From NCBI GenBank assembly GCA_965116925.1, contig OZ220744.1:64001-128000 (forward strand): a stretch of 64,000 nucleotides of DNA, written 5' to 3'. The position numbers and the translations under genes were made by a program. Shown here one piece after another: positions 59,823 to 64,000 of this stretch. Origin of the DNA: Candidatus Poribacteria bacterium. Its GTDB lineage: Bacteria > Poribacteria > WGA-4E > PCPOR2b. Each line of letters starts with the position of its first letter. The first letter of the stretch is position 1. Below the pieces are notes generated by a model. The model was given only the letters and a program-made list of their open reading frames with translations. It was not told the DNA's origin and made no database searches.

Positions 59823-61529
59823 CTACCATTTCCGTTTCCTTTTAGGAGATGGTAAAATATTAAGTTCCTCACGGTATTTGGCAACGGTCCGTCTTGCCGT
59901 GTGGATCCCTTGCGTTTCCAATGCATCAGCGATTGCCTTGTCACTCAACGGTTTCGCTGCATCCTCATTTTCAATCATATCCTTGATTTTCTCTTTGACT
60001 GTAGTTGCAGCGATATTTGAGCCGGAATCGGTCGGGAGTTCACCCCCGAAAAAGTACTTCAGCCTGTAGATACCTTGAGGCGTTTCGACGTACTTATTCG
60101 ACGTGACCCGGCTGACTGTTGATTCATGGACACCCGCCATATCTGCTATCTGCTTTAATACTAACGGTTTAAGTCCCTCAACCCCTTGCTCCAAGAAATC
60201 TGCTTGTATCTCAAAAATTGCCTCCGTTACCCTTGCAATCGTTTGGCGGCGCTGCACAATACTTTGTAACAAATCCCTTGCCTGAGTTCTGCGAACCTCT
60301 AGCCACTCCTTTGTTTTCGCATCTAAGTTTTTGTTTCCGTTCATCATCCAATCGACGTAGACTGGATTCAAACGCAGCCGAGGCATACCGTCATCATTGG
60401 TAATAACTCGGTATTCCCCCTCAATCTTTTCAATTGTAACGTCAGGGATGATCGTTTCGGGGGCCCTTGGATCCCTTGGATCGGAGAAATGGCGACCCGG
60501 ATAAGGATCCAAAGTACCAATTAGTTCCCGCGCTTCTACAATTTTGCTGATTTGCACCTCAAGCCCTTGGGCGATACGCTGGAGATGATTATCCGTTAAA
60601 TCCTCCCAATAGTGCTTGATAACCATTTCTGCGAGTGGATTCTCGATTTGTGCGGCTCTCATCTGTGTGAGAAGGGTTTCCGAGATGGTGCGATAAGCGA
60701 TTCCGATCGGCTCAAAATTGTTGTGAATAAAGTGCAAGACAGCCTCTACCTCAGCCACATCGCAGCCGACAGCGGCCGCAATATCTTCGAGGGTGATGTT
60801 GTAGATATTGAGTTGACCATTCTCCTTGTTGACCGTGTAAGTCTGTTCACCCGCTGCATCGGTTATCAGCCAACAGCTGCCTTCTGATTTCACAGTAATG
60901 GTCGCATCTTGAGAAAACGAAAGCTCGTCGTTTTCAAATTCCTTACGCAGCCCTTTTTCGATTACTTTGTGCAGGTATTCTGAGAGCACCTTATTATCTA
61001 AATCGCTTTGGAACAATGAGTTAATATCGAACAGAGGACCGGTCCGCAACTGACCGTTATCATCAAGATTGCCAATAATCTGCTCACCAATTCTCCGCTC
61101 CATTTCCGAAAAGGGGGCAATACTAAGTTGTTCCATCAGAAAATCGTGCAGCGACTGGAAACAAGCGATATCGGAGGGACGCTGAACCTCGTTGTTCTCC
61201 CAATGCTCAAACTCTCCACTTTCACCTCGATGGAAGGAGTCATCTAGGAAGTCCTTCCAGTCAAAATCTGGTTCTTTATCCTCACGATCGATAATTGCTT
61301 CGGGTTCATTCCATTGGGTATCCGGATCGAGTCCTTCTAAATCGGTAATTTCCGCAAGCTCAGCAGCCTCCGATATCTCCTCTAAGAGCGGATTTTGCTC
61401 CAATTGCTGACTCAAATGCTGCTTCAGATCCAGCCGTGACATCAGAAGTACCTGGATCGCTTGCTGTAGCTTGGGCGTCATGACCAGCCGTTGCTGTAAG
61501 CTCCCGGTTTGTCTCATCCTAACGTTCAT
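59823..61529 (-). CDS. rpoN: RNA polymerase sigma-54 factor with internal insertion
   Basis: MTPKLQQAI..L, NPLLE, LKPL.L..IA...HESTVSR, RpoN box ARRTVAKYRE. Confidence 0.95.
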   Translation of the reverse strand: MNVRMRQTGSLQQRLVMTPKLQQAIQVLLMSRLDLKQHLSQQLEQNPLLEEISEAAELAEITDLEGLDPDTQWNEPEAIIDREDKEPDFDWKDFLDDSFHRGESGEFEHWENNEVQRPSDIACFQSLHDFLMEQLSIAPFSEMERRIGEQIIGNLDDNGQLRTGPLFDINSLFQSDLDNKVLSEYLHKVIEKGLRKEFENDELSFSQDATITVKSEGSCWLITDAAGEQTYTVNKENGQLNIYNITLEDIAAAVGCDVAEVEAVLHFIHNNFEPIGIAYRTISETLLTQMRAAQIENPLAEMVIKHYWEDLTDNHLQRIAQGLEVQISKIVEARELIGTLDPYPGRHFSDPRDPRAPETIIPDVTIEKIEGEYRVITNDDGMPRLRLNPVYVDWMMNGNKNLDAKTKEWLEVRRTQARDLLQSIVQRRQTIARVTEAIFEIQADFLEQGVEGLKPLVLKQIADMAGVHESTVSRVTSNKYVETPQGIYRLKYFFGGELPTDSGSNIAATTVKEKIKDMIENEDAAKPLSDKAIADALETQGIHTARRTVAKYREELNILPSPKRKRKW

Positions 61530-61554
61530 GACTTGATCTCCTCAAATGATTGCG

Positions 61555-62298
61555 TTATATCCGAGGCCGTCGCAATTCAAAGTTATGTCCTAAGTACTGT
61601 TCCCTAGCAATCTCACTCTCAACAAGTGCCTCCGGGGTGCCGCTTAACGTGATTTTTCCATCGGTAATCAAATACGCACGGTCAACGATGCCTAACATTT
61701 CCGCCGCATTGTGGTCTGTGATTAACACGCCAAGATTTCTATCACGTAGGTGTAAGATAAGCTGCTTAATATCTTGAACTGCAATCGGATCTATCCCTGA
61801 AAATGGCTCATCCAACAAAATAAAAGACGGTGATGCTGCCAACGCTCTTGCGATTTCGGCACGACGACATTCCCCACCCGAAAGGGTATATGCTTTACGA
61901 TTTGCTAACTCGGAAATGCCTAGTTCTTCCATCAGTTGTTCGCTTCGTTGTCCACGTTCCTGTTTGGGGATATCGCGCACCTCTAAGATAGATTCGATGT
62001 TCTGCTTGACCGTCAACTTCCGAAAGATAGAGGTTTCTTGGGCGAGATAACCGATGCCCCGTCGGGCGCGTTTATACATCGGCAGAAATGTGATGTCCTC
62101 ATCATCGTAGACAATTTGTCCCGCGTTGGGGCGGATCAGTCCAACAACCATGTAAAATGTCGTTGACTTGCCCGCGCCGTTGGGGCCCAGCAAGCCGACA
62201 ATTTCACCCGTCTCAACTTCAAGACTGACTCGATTAACGACAATGGGTCCACGTCTTGTATAACTTTTAACAAGTTCATGGGTTTGAAGGACCGCCAC
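61555..62298 (-). CDS. lptB: LPS export ABC transporter ATP-binding protein
   Basis: GPNGAGKSTTFYM, GYLAQE.SIFRKL, LSGGE, LLDEPF.GIDP, ITDHN. Confidence 0.95.
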   Translation of the reverse strand: MAVLQTHELVKSYTRRGPIVVNRVSLEVETGEIVGLLGPNGAGKSTTFYMVVGLIRPNAGQIVYDDEDITFLPMYKRARRGIGYLAQETSIFRKLTVKQNIESILEVRDIPKQERGQRSEQLMEELGISELANRKAYTLSGGECRRAEIARALAASPSFILLDEPFSGIDPIAVQDIKQLILHLRDRNLGVLITDHNAAEMLGIVDRAYLITDGKITLSGTPEALVESEIAREQYLGHNFELRRPRI

Positions 62299-62911
62299 TG
62301 CTTTCTGTCTCCTCTTCCTCTTGTGATTCTTCTTGTGAATCCGACTCAGATGCCTTTTGGGATTTTACGCGAAATCGAACCTTTATATTGCCCTCTCCAG
62401 AACGTTCACCGGTACGCCGGTTATACCAAAATTTATCTGCTTCCAACCGATCCTCATTTTGGAGAACAACGACATCATCGTGAAAATATATAATATCGGT
62501 GAGGTGGTTCAAGGTCGCGTGGGCACACGTGACAAAAATATCCCCGTCTCGAAGCTCGACGTTTCCTTCCGCAACAGTTTTGACTGTTTCATTTGTTTCA
62601 ACGTTTTCGTGAATAGTCACTTTGTCTGCATTCAGGAAGCCATTTGGTCTCTCAATTTGAACGTTACCCGTAAAAATTGTCAATCCTTCTTTTTCACGTT
62701 GCTCAAAGCGATCCGCGTGTTTAACATCAATCACGTCCTCATCCAGAGTTGGCTCATCGGCCATGACCTCTTGTTGAGGCGGAGATGTCTCCTGTTCATC
62801 AGTTGGAAACACACGGTTATTAAGCAAAAGAACACTAAGGAGCAAGCCAAACGCCCAAAGTAAAGCCACAGCAGGTTTCGGAACTGTTACAGAATTAATT
62901 CTCAGTTGCAT
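62276..62911 (-). CDS. lptA: LptA/OstA family protein
   Basis: FTGNV, ADKV, AEGNV beta-jellyroll repeats; located between lptC and lptB. Confidence 0.75.
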   Translation of the reverse strand: MQLRINSVTVPKPAVALLWAFGLLLSVLLLNNRVFPTDEQETSPPQQEVMADEPTLDEDVIDVKHADRFEQREKEGLTIFTGNVQIERPNGFLNADKVTIHENVETNETVKTVAEGNVELRDGDIFVTCAHATLNHLTDIIYFHDDVVVLQNEDRLEADKFWYNRRTGERSGEGNIKVRFRVKSQKASESDSQEESQEEEETESSGGPSNP

Positions 62912-63476
62912 CAAATTTCTCATCCTTTGGATAAATTTTAGATTGGACATTCTTCATTATAACCACTTCGAGTGTCGGATCGCCTTCCAGCTCTTGACCG
63001 ACCATTGTTGAGTTACCCCGCACAATTGTGGAGGTGTTCGGTGCAAACAGCTTGCCATCACTGTTGCGCCAGTGAAGTTCATCGGTGTAGAGGTGCCCAT
63101 CTGGGCTCTTTCCAACAACATTCTCAAAAATATGAATATCGTTGCTCGATTCAATCAGCTCGCCTCGATCACCTGTTATTGTTATTGCCCACTTGCCTTC
63201 CTCAAAGATCTGGACCGTTGGTTTTTGCATCTCCACAATCTCTTTCAGGAATGCCGCCTTCTCGGCAACAAGCGTCCACCGCGTGATACCCCCATCTGCG
63301 TGTTGGGTTGAAAACTCATACAGTATCTGTTGAGGCGCTTCTTGGACTGGCTGTATCGGCTCTTCGTCTGCTTTATCACAGCCAAAACTGAATAAGCTAA
63401 AAGCTACCAAAAGGAAGGATACTTGAAAGGCTATATGTAAGTGTCGGTTATTCAGGTTGTGTTTTCCAGCGTTCAT
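62895..63476 (-). CDS. lptC: LPS export protein LptC
   Basis: Hydrophobic anchor; W.L.A..A, LYTDELHW, G..LE.D; synteny. Confidence 0.75.
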   Translation of the reverse strand: MNAGKHNLNNRHLHIAFQVSFLLVAFSLFSFGCDKADEEPIQPVQEAPQQILYEFSTQHADGGITRWTLVAEKAAFLKEIVEMQKPTVQIFEEGKWAITITGDRGELIESSNDIHIFENVVGKSPDGHLYTDELHWRNSDGKLFAPNTSTIVRGNSTMVGQELEGDPTLEVVIMKNVQSKIYPKDEKFDATEN

Positions 63477-63999
63477 GCATCCAGATCCACTGTTCCGGGT
63501 GGCGTCGAATGTAAGATTCAATAACTTTGGTGAACTGCTGTGTGTTGACCAAGAGATCTGCTTCTTTCTCTCCACTCTGTTGTAGAAGCAATGGTGCTTC
63601 GATAATAGCACGATGTGAATTGTCCGGTTGACGGACAATAAAAGTTGGTAAAATCGCAGCCCCGGTCTTGAGCGCGAACGCTACAGGGCTATAAGGTGTA
63701 TAGGCAGGTTTGCCGAAAAAATCAACGAAGATGCCGCGAGTACGGGTGTCCACATCTGCAAGAATCGCAATCAGTTCATTTCGATTGAGACAGCGTAATA
63801 CTTCGCGAACCGACCGATCTCGGTCTATACCTTGCCAGCCAACCTTTTCTCGATAGCTGCTAACAATCGCATCTAAACGCTTGGATCGCAGCTCACGGGT
63901 GATCCCACGGATTGTATAGCCATGTGCAAGAATGCTCGCACCAAGAAGTTCCCAGTTGCCAAAGTGAGCCGTCAGGATGATCGCGCCTCTTCCTTGAGT
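63448..63999 (-). CDS. Lipid A lauroyl/myristoyl acyltransferase family (partial, runs off window)
   Basis: TAHFGNWEL at window end, VDFFG.PA, PEQWIWMHERWK. Confidence 0.85.
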   Translation of the reverse strand, partial: TQGRGAIILTAHFGNWELLGASILAHGYTIRGITRELRSKRLDAIVSSYREKVGWQGIDRDRSVREVLRCLNRNELIAILADVDTRTRGIFVDFFGKPAYTPYSPVAFALKTGAAILPTFIVRQPDNSHRAIIEAPLLLQQSGEKEADLLVNTQQFTKVIESYIRRHPEQWIWMHERWKTQPE

Positions 64000-64000
64000 C

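Noticed and set aside
60795..61043. Intein in RpoN
   Set aside because: No N-terminal Cys/Ser block or C-terminal His-Asn, and too short.

Overview
Bacterial chromosomal window (about 50% GC). The gene mix (10 PhyH-like Fe/2OG dioxygenases, four Gfo/Idh/MocA oxidoreductases, a sulfatase, a DUF6785-like membrane protein, a giant Ig-repeat protein next to PorV/PorQ, an RHS-LamG fragment) suggests a Candidatus Poribacteria-like organism; this is inference only. Core genes are udk, maf, tsaB, argJ, a rimK-like ligase and the lpxL-lptC-lptA-lptB-rpoN-hpf-hprK-ptsH cluster. The most interesting signals are: (i) three miniature IS200/IS605 (TnpB) derivatives, one reduced to promoter plus omega-RNA-like scaffold and one whose right end now supplies the RBS, ATG and first 18 codons of the rimK-like gene; (ii) sigma54 with an ~83-aa inserted domain, plus a candidate 6S-like hairpin RNA in the same operon; (iii) paired PhyH-like enzymes with non-canonical iron ligands (HxH, HxA, HxG, HxQ, or no His), some resembling halogenases; (iv) an NMP-kinase-like plus nucleoside deoxyribosyltransferase-like fusion; (v) an Rpn gene with a strong internal start; (vi) an orphan RHS toxin cassette with LamG inside the RHS core; (vii) an EctR-like regulator with operator-like sites beside a DEAD helicase and desaturase; (viii) several small MITE/REP families, some nested in the IS ends or in a coding sequence. 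All calls come from motif recognition by eye; no database searches were run.
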